The notes below the pieces were generated by a model. That model did not search any database. It saw nothing but the letters and a program-made list of their open reading frames with translations, and was not told where the DNA came from. Source: an uncultured delta proteobacterium (GTDB lineage: Bacteria > Desulfobacterota > Deferrimicrobia > Deferrimicrobiales > Deferrimicrobiaceae). Taken from it: DNA of 64,000 nucleotides. Positions 49,750 through 63,064 of the stretch are shown here, piece by piece. The translations under genes were made by a program, and so were the position numbers. Location: contig CAVYRM010000001.1 in the NCBI GenBank assembly GCA_963770975.1, positions 10,236-74,235 of the forward strand, in the 5' to 3' direction. How positions within the stretch are numbered: position 1 is the first letter of the stretch; each line of letters opens with the position of its first letter.

Positions 49750-51050
49750 GCGGACCCGCCGTCGGCGTGTACGGGATCTGCGTCATGTTCTTCATCCTGT
49801 TCTTCCTGCGGGTCCCCGCCGCGTTCACCATGGCCATCGTCGGGTTCGTCGGGATCGTCCAGGTGACCTCCATCGACGCGGCCTTCTCGATCGCGGGGAC
49901 GGAGATGTGGAACATCTTCTCCAATTACGGGCTGACGGTGATCCCGCTGTTCATCCTGGTGGGGGAGATCGTCCACTATGCCGGGTACAACTTCAGCCTC
50001 TACGACGCGACCTACAAGTGGTTCGGGCATTACCGGGGCGGGCTCGCCATGACGACGATCATGGCTTCGGCGGCCTTCTCCGCCATATCCGGCTCCAACA
50101 CCGCCACGGCGGCGACGATGAGCGCGGTCGCCATCCCCGCGATGAAGGAATACAAGTACCACCCGATGCTCAACGCCGGGTCGGTCGCCGCCGGCGCGAC
50201 GCTCGGGGTGCTCATCCCGCCCTCCATCGTCCTCGTGGTGTACGGCCTGTACACCGGCCAGTCGATCGGGAAGCTGTTTTTCGGCAATATCATCCCCAGC
50301 CTCATCCTGACCGTCGCGATCCTGGGGACGGTGGTCTGGATCTGCCGCGTCCACTCCGACTGGGGGCCTGCCGGGCCGAGGTTCAGCTGGAAAGAGCGCA
50401 TGAAGGCGCTGCCCGAGGCGATCGACATCCTGGTGCTCTTCGGTATCATCATGTACGCCCTGTTCACCGGGGTGGTGACCGCCACGGAGGCCGCCGCCGT
50501 CAGCTGCTTCCTGGGGTACGTGATCTGCCTCGCGCGGCGCAAGCTCACCTGGAAGAAGTTCATCGATTCCATGATCGACACCCTGCGCATCTCGTGCATG
50601 GTGTTCATGATCGTCGCGGGGGCGGTGATCTTCGCACGGTTCCTGACCATCACCCGCCTTCCCTTCGAGATCGCGGAATGGATCGGGACGCTCGCGCTGC
50701 CCAAGTGGACGGTGCTCTGCGTGATCCTTCTCTGCTACATCGTCGGCGGGTGCATCATGGACGCGCTCGCGTTTCTCCTGGTCTCGCTGCCGATCTTCTA
50801 TCCCCTGGTCATCCAGCTGGGCTACGACCCGATCTGGTTCGGACAGGTGATCACGATCGTGACCACGATGGGCTCCATCATGCCGCCCATCGGCATCTGC
50901 TGCTACGTCGTCTCCGGCATGTCGGGCATCCCCCTCGCCACCGTCTTCCGGGGCAGCTTCTACTACATGCCGTCCTACATCGTTTCGATCGCCATCCTCA
51001 TGATCTCCCCGTACTGGACCGTCCTCGTCCTGTCGGACCTCGTGAAATAG
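49746..51050 (+). CDS. dctM: TRAP transporter large permease (DctM family)
   Basis: 434-aa polytopic protein. SGSNTATAATM and GIIPPS-like VLIPPSI motifs. Confidence 0.88.
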   Translation: MSGPAVGVYGICVMFFILFFLRVPAAFTMAIVGFVGIVQVTSIDAAFSIAGTEMWNIFSNYGLTVIPLFILVGEIVHYAGYNFSLYDATYKWFGHYRGGLAMTTIMASAAFSAISGSNTATAATMSAVAIPAMKEYKYHPMLNAGSVAAGATLGVLIPPSIVLVVYGLYTGQSIGKLFFGNIIPSLILTVAILGTVVWICRVHSDWGPAGPRFSWKERMKALPEAIDILVLFGIIMYALFTGVVTATEAAAVSCFLGYVICLARRKLTWKKFIDSMIDTLRISCMVFMIVAGAVIFARFLTITRLPFEIAEWIGTLALPKWTVLCVILLCYIVGGCIMDALAFLLVSLPIFYPLVIQLGYDPIWFGQVITIVTTMGSIMPPIGICCYVVSGMSGIPLATVFRGSFYYMPSYIVSIAILMISPYWTVLVLSDLVK

Positions 51051-51066
51051 ACCGGCGGTCCCCTCC

Positions 51067-52895
51067 GTGAACGAGCGAGCGCTCCTGCAGGGAAACGACG
51101 CCATCGCGCGCGGGCTGGTCGAGGCCGGCTGCGCGGTGGCGGCATCCTACCCCGGTACGCCCGCCTCGGAGATCCTCTCCTCGGTCCATCGCTGGCGGAG
51201 GAAGCACGGCGCCGCGATGCACGTCGAATGGGCGGTGAACGAGAAGGTGGCGCTGGAGATCGCCTACACGGCGGCGATCACCGGTTTGCGCTCGGCGGTC
51301 GCCATGAAGCAGGTCGGGTTGAACGTCGCGTCCGATCCGCTGTTCAGCGCCGCGTACCTCGGCGTGACGGGTGGGTTCCTCGTCGTCAGCGCGGACGACC
51401 CGGGTCCGCACTCCTCCCAGACGGAGCAGGACAGCCGGCTGCTGGCGATGGCGGCGAAGGTGCCCGTTCTGGATCCCTCGTCCCCGGCGCAGGCCATGGA
51501 ACTGACGGGGACCGGATTCGCACTGTCGGAGGCGTTCGGCGTCCCCGTGATGCTGCGGCCCACGACCCGCGTATGCCACGCGAGCCAGGACGTCGCCGCC
51601 GGGTCCTACCGGCCGCTCGGCCGCGTGGCGCGGTTCGGGAAAGACCCCGCCCGATGGGCCGCAACCCCGGTTTTCCGACGGACGCTCCACGACCGGCTCG
51701 CCGAAAAGATCGCGGCGGCCGCGGCCTGGCCGGCCACCGCTCCGCTCCAGGCGAACCCGGGCGTCTCCTCGCCGAAGGCCGTGGTGGCTTCGGGCGTCGC
51801 TTTCGCACACGTGCGGGAACTCTTCGGAGAGCTCGAGATCCTGGACCGGATCGCGCTGTACCAGGTGATCCAGCCGTATCCGCTGCACGTCGGATTCATC
51901 GATCGTCTCAGGGAATCGCACGGGGAAGTCCTCGTCCTGGAGGAATCGGCCCCGGTGATCGAGATGCAGATCGCCGACCGGGACCGGGTGCGGGGCCGGA
52001 TGACCGGCGCGGTCCCCGAGACCGGGGAACTGCTCCCGGAGATCATCGAACGGATCCTTGCCCGGTTCGCCGGCATACCCGGCGAGGGGGCGGCGATGCC
52101 GGCTGCGGGGGGAGGAAGGCGGCCGACGTTGTGCCCGGGCTGCGCGCATCGCTCGGCTTTCTACGCCATCCGGAAAGCAGCGCCCTCCGGGATCTACCCG
52201 AGCGACATCGGCTGCTACACCCTCGGGATCAACCTCGGCGCCGTCGACACGGTCCTTTGCATGGGAGCGGCGATCAGCCAGGCGGCCGGCTTCGATTACG
52301 CCCACCGGCTCTCCGGCAAGGCCGTCGACATCGTCGCGACGATCGGGGACTCCACCTTTTACCACGCCGGGATTCCGCCCCTCATCGACGCCGTCGTCCA
52401 GGGGGCGCGGTTCGTCCTCGTGATCCTCGACAACGGCACGACCGCGATGACGGGGAACCAGCCCACCCCGGCTACCGGGATCGGCGTGGGGGGGAGAATA
52501 CCGCCGTCGTCGACATGGAGGGTCTCGTCCGCGCGTGCGGAGTCCGATATTGCAAGGTGGCGAATCCGGACCGCCTCCCCGCGTTCATCGCGCTGCTCAA
52601 GGAGGCGCTCCTGCATGCCCGCGAGGCAGGTGTGGCCGTCGTGATCGCGCGGCAGCCGTGCGCGATGGTCAGCCGGCCCGTTTCCGGAGAAATTCGGGGC
52701 ACGGTCGACATCTCGGAGGAGTGCAACGGGTGCCGGCATTGCGTGGACAGGTTCGAATGCCCGGCGCTGCTCTTCGACGAGGGGACCGGACGGGTCCGGA
52801 TCGACGAGATGCTGTGCAACGGATGCGGCGTCTGTGTCCACGTTTGCCCGTTGAACGCGATCCGGCATGATCCGCCCGGGGAGGCCCGCCCTTGA
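51067..52895 (+). pseudogene. iorA: indolepyruvate:ferredoxin oxidoreductase alpha subunit, one frame break as sequenced
   Basis: LLQGNDAIARGLVEAG...SYPGTPASEI, TPP site GDSTFYHAG...LDNGTTAMTG, and C-terminal 2x[4Fe-4S] CNGCRHC...CNGCGVCVHVCP in the frame of ORF 51228..52895. The switch is in G-run 52488-52494, which looks one G short. Confidence 0.85.
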
Positions 52896-53470
52896 AGACC
52901 GTCCGGACGGGGGAAGGCAGGTTGCTGCGCCAGGTCGTCCTGAGCGGCGTGGGAGGGCAGGGGATCCTCTTCGTCAGCCGCCTCCTGGCGGAGGCGGCGA
53001 TCGCCGCCGGGCTCCCCGTCCTCTCGTCGGAGACCCACGGAATGGCGCAACGGGGCGGGGTGGTCGTCTCTCACCTGAAAGTGGGGGAATTCCACAGTCC
53101 CCTCGTTCGCGCCGGGAGGGCGGACCTCCTCTTCGTGCTCAAGCAGGAAAACGTCCCCCTGCACCGGGCGTTCCTCGCGGAGGACGGCATCCTGGTCGTC
53201 AACGCCGCGGTACCGCCCGCGGAGATCCCGGGGATCCGCATCCTCTCGGTCGACGCCGATGCGGCCGCTCTCGCCGCCGGGATGCCCCAGGCGGTCAACC
53301 TCGTCCTCCTCGGATACGCCCTTGCACGGATCGGAGATGGAACCGCGGGCGGGATGTTCTGTACGCCGGCCGGGATCCGGGAAGCGCTTTCCCGGCGCCA
53401 TGCAGGCGGCGGGGCCCGATGGTCCGCCTCCTTGCAGGCCTTTCAACTCGGCATCGCCCAAGGAACCTGA
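52892..53470 (+). CDS. iorB: indolepyruvate oxidoreductase beta subunit
   Basis: TTG start overlaps the iorA stop. LSGVGGQGILF...SETHGMAQRGG motif. Confidence 0.8.
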   Translation: MKTVRTGEGRLLRQVVLSGVGGQGILFVSRLLAEAAIAAGLPVLSSETHGMAQRGGVVVSHLKVGEFHSPLVRAGRADLLFVLKQENVPLHRAFLAEDGILVVNAAVPPAEIPGIRILSVDADAAALAAGMPQAVNLVLLGYALARIGDGTAGGMFCTPAGIREALSRRHAGGGARWSASLQAFQLGIAQGT

Positions 53471-53485
53471 AACGGAGTCCACCCC

Positions 53486-54778
53486 ATGTTGAAACGGTAC
53501 CCCCCGAAGTTCGGGACGCAAGATGAGATGCGCGACCTCCAGGAGGAAGGTCTCCGATGGACCGTCCTGCACGCCTGGAACAACTCCCCCTTCTACCGTA
53601 AGCGTCTCGAGGAATCCCGCCTCACGCCCGGCTCCATCCGGTCCCTCGACGACCTGGCGAAGATTCCCTTCACCACGGCCGACGACCTGCGCGACGGATA
53701 CCCGCTTCCCCTCCGATCCGTCCCGGTGCGGGACATCGTCCGGATCCACTCCTCCTCGGGGACCACGGGGAAAAGGAAGATCCTCTGCTACACCCAGAAG
53801 GATATCGACGATTGGCTGGACATGTTCTGCCGGTGCTACGAGCTGGCGGGTCTTTCGCGGGAAGACCGCGTCCAGATCTGCGTCGGATACGGACTCTGGA
53901 CCGCGGGCGCGGGATTCCAGCTGGGAGCGGAGCGGTTCGGGGCGATGACGATCCCCGCCGGGCCGGGAAACCTCGAGCTCCAGTGCAATTTCCTGATCGA
54001 CCTCGAGACGACGGTTCTCTGCTGCACCGCGTCGATGGGGCTGCTCGTGGCGGAGGAGGTCCACTCGCGGGGCCTCCGTGACCGGATCCGGCTGAAGAAG
54101 GTGATCCTGGGCGCCGAGAGGACGAGCCAGGCGATGCTCCAGACGATCCGGGACCTGCTGGGCATCGAGGAGGTCTACGACATCCCCGGGTTGACCGAGC
54201 TGTACGGGCCCGGAACCGGGTTGTCCTGCGACTTCAACGTCGGCATCCACTACTGGTCCGACTACTACATCCTGGAGATCCTGGACCCGGACACGCTGCT
54301 TCCCGTCGCTCCCGGGGAGATCGGCGAGATGGTGTACACGACGCTCCGCAAGGAGGCCGCCCCTCTCATCCGGTACCGGTCGAGGGACCTTACCCGGCTG
54401 ATCGAGGGGTCTTGTCCCTGCGGGTGCACCCTGCCGCGCCACGACCGGATCCTCGGCCGTTCCGACGACATGGTGGTCTTCCGCGGAGTGAACGTCTACC
54501 CGGGCCAGGTCGACGAGGTCCTGTCCCGGATCGAGCGGATCGGCAGCGAATACCAGGTCCTCCTCGAACGAAAGACGGACGGGAAGGATTACATGACGGT
54601 CAGGGTGGAGAGGGGAGCGGACCTCGCGGAAGACGCCGTCCCGTGGGTCAGCCGCCACATCGTGGCGGAGATCAAGCGGAACCTGATGGTGTCCTGCGCG
54701 ATCGAGATGATCCCCTACGGAACCCTGCCGAGGTCCGAGCGGAAGACGAAGCGGATCTTCGACAACCGTCCCGTCTGA
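53486..54778 (+). CDS. paaK: phenylacetate--CoA ligase family protein
   Basis: SSGTTGKRK AMP-binding motif, ADDLRDGYP, YGPG, and RSDDMVVFRGVNVYP, typical of the PaaK family. Confidence 0.85.
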   Translation: MLKRYPPKFGTQDEMRDLQEEGLRWTVLHAWNNSPFYRKRLEESRLTPGSIRSLDDLAKIPFTTADDLRDGYPLPLRSVPVRDIVRIHSSSGTTGKRKILCYTQKDIDDWLDMFCRCYELAGLSREDRVQICVGYGLWTAGAGFQLGAERFGAMTIPAGPGNLELQCNFLIDLETTVLCCTASMGLLVAEEVHSRGLRDRIRLKKVILGAERTSQAMLQTIRDLLGIEEVYDIPGLTELYGPGTGLSCDFNVGIHYWSDYYILEILDPDTLLPVAPGEIGEMVYTTLRKEAAPLIRYRSRDLTRLIEGSCPCGCTLPRHDRILGRSDDMVVFRGVNVYPGQVDEVLSRIERIGSEYQVLLERKTDGKDYMTVRVERGADLAEDAVPWVSRHIVAEIKRNLMVSCAIEMIPYGTLPRSERKTKRIFDNRPV

Positions 54779-54779
54779 C

Positions 54780-56780
54780 TCAGGACCCCGGGGGCGTTTC
54801 GGGCTCCGGGTAGCCTCCCGAGAACCGGGCGGCGATCCCCCGGAACTCCTCGTGGATCTCGAGGAATGCGTCCACGACGACGGGATCGAAGTACGTCCCC
54901 CGCCGTTCGGTCAATATGCGAACCGCCTCTTCGTGGGGAAGCCCGGGTTTGTAGACTCTCGGGGAGATGATGGCGTCGTAGGCGTCGGCGACGGCCATCA
55001 ATCGTCCCGGGAAAGGGATCGCGTCCTCTTTCAGGCCTCCCGGGTAACCCTTCCCGTCCCAGCGTTCATGGTGGTTCAGCACGAGATCGTCGGCGATCAG
55101 GAAAAAAGCGTCTTCCCCCATCAGGCGGCGCGCCAGGCGGATCGTCTCGGACCCGTACAGGGTGTGGCGCTTCATTTCCTCGTATTCCTCCGGCGTGAGC
55201 AGGTCCGGCTTGAGCAGGATCCTGTCGCGCACGCCGACCTTGCCGATGTCGTGCAGCGGGGCGAGCCGGAAGAGTAGGTCCACGACGGTGTCGTCCAGGT
55301 GATTCCGGAAACGGGGGTGCTGCTGCAGCCGATCCGCAAGAACCCGCATGTAGTGGCGGGTCCGCTGGATGTGCCCGCCGGTTTCGTGGTGCCGGGTTTC
55401 CGTCAGGGCGGCGAGGCTCTGGATGATGGCATCCTGGGTCAGGGACAGTTTCCGGGTGCGCTCGCGCACCTCCCGGTCGGCCATGAAGAAACGGATCGAC
55501 GTGAGCACGGTGAAGATGAGCGCCAGCGTGAACACCGGCAGGAGCGGTGAGAAGAACACCTGCTGGTAGGCGAGGAGCCACCAGGAGCCGAGCCAGATTC
55601 CGAAGGCGGAAGGGAGCACGAAGGCCAGGCCCCACACGGGGCTGGATCGTGCAAGGAGCGTCGTGAGAAGGAACCCGGTACCGAGCGTCAGGAGAATCTG
55701 AAGACCCCTGGCCCAGGGGGGGACGGTGACCGGATCCCCCGCGATGAGGTTGTCGAGGACCGTGGCGTGGATTTCCACACCCGCCTGCGCCGGGTCGAGG
55801 GGCGTGGTCCGGATCTCCTTCAGTCCCGCGGAGGTGGTGCCGACCAGCACGATCTTTCCCCTCACAAGGGAAAGGTCCCCGGTGCCGTCGAGGAGCCCGG
55901 AGGCGGACAGGTGGGGAAAGGTGCGATGGCGGCCGCGGAAGTTCACCACGAGGTTCCCGCGCCGGTCCAGGGGAATGAGCCTTCCGCCCAGCCGCAATCC
56001 CTCGATCCCTTCCCGGCCCGTTTCGAGGAGGATGTCCCCGCCCCTTGCCCGCAGGTAGGTCGCGAGTGCCAGGCCCGGGTACAGGACCCCCCCGCGGCGG
56101 ACCACCATCGGGACGCGGCGCAGCACGCCGTCGGGGTCCGGGGTGACGTTGAAGAATCCGGATGCGCCGGCCGCCTTCGACAGGAGCGGCAGGTTGCAGA
56201 TCACCCCCCGGGCGTCGAACAGGCCGTCCGGCACCCCCCTATCGCCGTCCGACCGGACCGCGGCCCGAAGAGGGTGGATGATGCACGATTCCCCCCTTTC
56301 CGTTTCGAAGTCGAACTGGTATCCGAGCACGAAGGGCCCACCGGCGAGGGTGGTCGCGAGGGTCCGATCGGTGTCGAGCGCTTCCGCCGGCACTCCCGCA
56401 AGGTCCATCTGCGCTCCCAGGTCGCGCCGGATCTCGCCTGAAAGAGACTGGAGCGACGTGCGGTCGGGTTCGGCGAACACCATGTCGAGCCCAACCGCCT
56501 TCGCGCCTCCCTCCCGGATCCTGTCGAGGAGGCGGGCGACCCGGTAACGGGGCCAGGGCCATTGACCGAAGCGTTCCAGGGTCGTTTCGTCAATGTCCAC
56601 GATGATCGGGATGCCGGTCGGCGGCTGACGGGAGGTCGAGCGGAGGAAGGAGTCGTACACCTTCCCCTCGAGGAAAACGGCCAGGGAGGGAGGCCAGAGG
56701 GAGATCGCCCCTCCCAGGAAGGTCAGCACAACGCCGGCGACGAGTGGAAGGATCCCGGGGCTCCTCGCCGGACTTCCCAT
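54780..56780 (-). CDS. CHASE2 sensor domain / HD-GYP domain protein (putative c-di-GMP phosphodiesterase)
   Basis: N-terminal TM + CHASE2 (IVDIDETTLERFGQWPWPR), three further TM segments, and C-terminal HD-GYP (HHETGGH, LHDIGKV, HHERWDGKGYP). Confidence 0.85.
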   Translation of the reverse strand: MGSPARSPGILPLVAGVVLTFLGGAISLWPPSLAVFLEGKVYDSFLRSTSRQPPTGIPIIVDIDETTLERFGQWPWPRYRVARLLDRIREGGAKAVGLDMVFAEPDRTSLQSLSGEIRRDLGAQMDLAGVPAEALDTDRTLATTLAGGPFVLGYQFDFETERGESCIIHPLRAAVRSDGDRGVPDGLFDARGVICNLPLLSKAAGASGFFNVTPDPDGVLRRVPMVVRRGGVLYPGLALATYLRARGGDILLETGREGIEGLRLGGRLIPLDRRGNLVVNFRGRHRTFPHLSASGLLDGTGDLSLVRGKIVLVGTTSAGLKEIRTTPLDPAQAGVEIHATVLDNLIAGDPVTVPPWARGLQILLTLGTGFLLTTLLARSSPVWGLAFVLPSAFGIWLGSWWLLAYQQVFFSPLLPVFTLALIFTVLTSIRFFMADREVRERTRKLSLTQDAIIQSLAALTETRHHETGGHIQRTRHYMRVLADRLQQHPRFRNHLDDTVVDLLFRLAPLHDIGKVGVRDRILLKPDLLTPEEYEEMKRHTLYGSETIRLARRLMGEDAFFLIADDLVLNHHERWDGKGYPGGLKEDAIPFPGRLMAVADAYDAIISPRVYKPGLPHEEAVRILTERRGTYFDPVVVDAFLEIHEEFRGIAARFSGGYPEPETPPGS

Positions 56781-56781
56781 C

Positions 56782-57444
56782 CTACCGGACCGTTACTTCC
56801 ACCCTGCGGTTCCGCGGTTCCCGGACCTGGTCGCCGGTGGGGATGAGGGGGTTGTGTTTCCCGTGGGACGTGATGTCGAGGGCCGTCCGGTCCACCCCGC
56901 TCTTCACGAGGAGGTCGGCAACGGCCTCGGCGCGCCGAAGGGACAGGCGATCGTTGTAACCGTCCTTCCCCAGGGTATCGGTGTGTCCGACCACGCTGAT
57001 ATCGGGCTGACCTCGGTCCCTGATCGCCTTGAACACATCCTGCAGGCGTACCCTCGACTCCGAAGTGAGCACGGCGGAGTCGTGGTGGAAGTAGAGGATG
57101 AATTGCACCGGCGGCTTGGGAAGGGCGGAAATGGCGAGGCCGACGGAAACGATCACCTCGTTGTCCGTCATGACGGTGGGACTTCCGGGCGGGGTGCCGG
57201 ACGAGACGACGACCGACTGGTTCGGTTGGTCGAGGCGACGGTCAAGTCCCGCGCTCGTCACGATGATGGCGCCGGTTTTCCCCTGCTCGTCGGGGAGGAG
57301 AACGATGAGGTCCCGGGCGGGCGGCGGCGGTTTCCGCGGTGTGGCGCAGGCCGTCGCGAGAAGGAGAACGGCGACGATCGGGACGAGGAACCGACGGATG
57401 GTCGGCCCGCCCGGGTTCGCGCCGCTGCACCCTGTCGAGGTCAC
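56782..57444 (-). CDS. OmpA-family lipoprotein
   Basis: Signal and LLATAC lipobox-like sequence. C-terminal OmpA-like VVGHTDTLGKDGYNDRLSLRRAEAV...NRRVEV. GTG start overlaps the upstream stop (GTGA). Confidence 0.8.
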   Translation of the reverse strand: MTSTGCSGANPGGPTIRRFLVPIVAVLLLATACATPRKPPPPARDLIVLLPDEQGKTGAIIVTSAGLDRRLDQPNQSVVVSSGTPPGSPTVMTDNEVIVSVGLAISALPKPPVQFILYFHHDSAVLTSESRVRLQDVFKAIRDRGQPDISVVGHTDTLGKDGYNDRLSLRRAEAVADLLVKSGVDRTALDITSHGKHNPLIPTGDQVREPRNRRVEVTVR

Positions 57445-57944
57445 GGAAGGGAGGGATCCACGACTTTCACCGCGAACCGGGTTCCACGGATTCCGATGGT
57501 CGATGTGGGGGTTTCGAATCGCGCCCTCTCGGGAGCCAGCTTGCCGATGAGCCCGGAGAGGTAGGCCATGGTCCCGCGGGTGATCCGGGCCACCAGGCCG
57601 TACTTCCCTTCCGCGGGGGAAAACAGGAAGCTCCGGACGACCATGCGGCTGCCCGGGCCGATCGAAAGGGAAGAGTCGTCCCGGAGCAGCACGCCGAGAG
57701 AGCCGTCCGGCCCGGTGCCGAGGATGTCCCCGACGAGCAGTTTCAGGCCCTGCGTGGCAGGGAGCACGGTTTCTCCGCGGGTGACCGTTGCATGGCCGGC
57801 CGCGATTCGCACGACGCCGATCGCCTCCTCCGCGGAGGAAGGAAGGACGCCCGCGAACAGGATGAGCGCGGCGAGTAGGGTCGTTGCCGCCGACAGGTTC
57901 TTCAAGGCATCTCCGATCAAGGGAAGATGATGCGTCCGTTTCAT
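57441..57944 (-). CDS. FecR-domain protein (secreted), paralogue of 44275..44739
   Basis: Signal-like N-terminus. GDILGTGPDGSLGVLLRDDSSLSI and GLIGKLAPERARFETPTSTIGIRGTRFAVKV. Confidence 0.7.
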   Translation of the reverse strand: MKRTHHLPLIGDALKNLSAATTLLAALILFAGVLPSSAEEAIGVVRIAAGHATVTRGETVLPATQGLKLLVGDILGTGPDGSLGVLLRDDSSLSIGPGSRMVVRSFLFSPAEGKYGLVARITRGTMAYLSGLIGKLAPERARFETPTSTIGIRGTRFAVKVVDPSLP

Positions 57945-58082
57945 TTTATAAGACTCTACGGCCCGCGGGATGTCAATGATCTCCACGGGACGCGCGACGG
58001 GTCGATTCGAAAACGACACCGGCCGGGAAGGGTCTCCCCCTCCCGGCCGGATCCGTTCCGGGCGATCGATTTGCGCGCGGAT

Positions 58083-61671
<3,589 letters not shown>

Positions 61672-61699
61672 GCGCCCAGTCTACCATCATCCGATGGGG

Positions 61700-61705
61700 T
61701 ATAAT
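61700..61705 (+). promoter_or_regulatory. consensus -10 hexamer TATAAT upstream of the hydrolase gene
   Basis: TATAAT lies 8 nt before GGAGG (61714-18) and GTG 61724. The -35 region is poor. Confidence 0.3.
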
Positions 61706-61723
61706 CCCGGCCCGGAGGGCGAC

Positions 61724-62356
61724 GTGCGCGGGAGAACGGGAATATCGCCGGATGCCGAAGCGGTCGTGCTGGTCCACGGTCTGTGGATGACCGGTGCGGA
61801 GATGCGGGTCCTCGGAAACCGGATGGAGGAGTCGGGTTTCCGGGTGAGATATTTCCGGTATCGCTCATGGCGGGGCACGCTTCGGGACGCCGTGGGTGCG
61901 TTGCGGAACTTCATCGAGGAGACGCAAGGGGCGCGCGTGCATCTCGTCGGCCACAGCCTTGGCGGAATCATCATCGCGCGGATGCTCGAGGAGGGGACCG
62001 TATCGCGTCCGGGCAGGGTGGCGATGCTGGGGTCCCCGATCGGAGGGAGCGCATCCGTGGAGAGGATATCCCGGAGCAGGGCGGGCAGGTGGCTCGCGGG
62101 GAGCGTCATCCGGGAAGGGATCCTCGACCGCGCCCCGGTCTGGCCGGGCGGGCGGGAACTTCTCGTCGTCGCGGGGGACATCCCCCTGGGGTCGGGGCTT
62201 CTCCTCGGCCTCGAAAGGCCGCACGACGGCGTCGTCCGCGTGGCGGAGACGCGTGTGGAAGGCGTCCGGGCCCTCACCGTACGGGCAACCCACGTCGGCC
62301 TGCTCTTGTCGCGGAAGGTGGCGACGCTCCTGGCGGACCATTTCCGCTCCGCCTGA
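61724..62356 (+). CDS. alpha/beta hydrolase (lipase/esterase-like)
   Basis: VLVHGLWMTG and nucleophile elbow GHSLGG. GTG 61724 with a GGAGG SD is preferred over the SD-less ATG 61694. Confidence 0.7.
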   Translation: MRGRTGISPDAEAVVLVHGLWMTGAEMRVLGNRMEESGFRVRYFRYRSWRGTLRDAVGALRNFIEETQGARVHLVGHSLGGIIIARMLEEGTVSRPGRVAMLGSPIGGSASVERISRSRAGRWLAGSVIREGILDRAPVWPGGRELLVVAGDIPLGSGLLLGLERPHDGVVRVAETRVEGVRALTVRATHVGLLLSRKVATLLADHFRSA

Positions 62357-62520
62357 CCCGCTTCCTCGACCCTCGAACGGATCGACAGGATTTGCGAAAC
62401 CGGTGGGTGAATCCCCCCCCGTTCTGATAGATTGAATCCTTGAGAGGAGGTCCTGTGGAAAAGACATGGGGTATCGTAGCCGGAAACGCTGTTCGACGAA
62501 TCGACAGAGGAGGATGCGGT

Positions 62521-62988
62521 ATGAGGAGATTCATGCAGGTTCTTGTGGTATTCGCAGTGAGCTTTTGCCTCGCAGCCGGCGCGTTCGCGGCGGGAGCGAC
62601 GAAGGACGAGTGCGTCGCGAAGACCAAGGAAGCGGCGACGATGATCAACGAGAAGGGCCTGGATGCGGCCATTGCGGAGATCAACAAGAAGGACGGGAAG
62701 TTCGTCTGGGCGGACACCTACGTGTTTCTTATGGACCTCGACGGGAAGATGCTCGCCCACCCGATGAGCCCTGCCCTGATCGGCAAGAACCTCCTCGATA
62801 TGAAAGACAAGGGGGACCCCGGGAAGCTCCTCTTCAAGGAATTCGTCGAGGTGGCGAAGGGGAAAGGCGAGGGATGGGTGGATTACATGTGGATCAATCC
62901 CGGCGACCCGAAGCCGCGAAAGAAGATCACGTACATCTATCGCGTGCCGGGGAAGGACCTGCTGGCGGGAGCGGGGATATACGAGTAA
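62521..62988 (+). CDS. secreted single-Cache (sCache_2-like) domain protein
   Basis: Signal peptide. YVFLMDLDGKMLAHP and GEGWVDYMWINPG...KITYIY, typical of Cache-type ligand-binding domains. No output domain. Confidence 0.68.
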   Translation: MRRFMQVLVVFAVSFCLAAGAFAAGATKDECVAKTKEAATMINEKGLDAAIAEINKKDGKFVWADTYVFLMDLDGKMLAHPMSPALIGKNLLDMKDKGDPGKLLFKEFVEVAKGKGEGWVDYMWINPGDPKPRKKITYIYRVPGKDLLAGAGIYE

Positions 62989-63022
62989 CAGGCTTCGGAT
63001 CGTTTACGATATCCGACGTGCG

Positions 63023-63051
63023 AACCGGGGGGGCGATCCCCCCGGTTTTTT
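63023..63051 (+). terminator. rho-independent terminator (AACCGGGGGG-GCGAT-CCCCCCGGTT + T-run)
   Basis: 10-bp stem followed by TTTTTT, 35 nt after the Cache gene stop. Confidence 0.8.
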
Positions 63052-63064
63052 CCCATCGGACGTC

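Noticed and set aside
52472-54658. 728-aa minus-strand ORF. Similar long shadow ORFs occur at 38218..40341, 24539..26422, 10853..12778, 6226..7998, 44804..46045 and 60083..61777.
   Set aside because: All overlap, on the opposite strand or in another frame, genes with strong family motifs (iorAB/paaK, pckA, the NtrC-family regulator, the TAXI protein, ppsA, lexA, the acyltransferase). Their translations are low-complexity.
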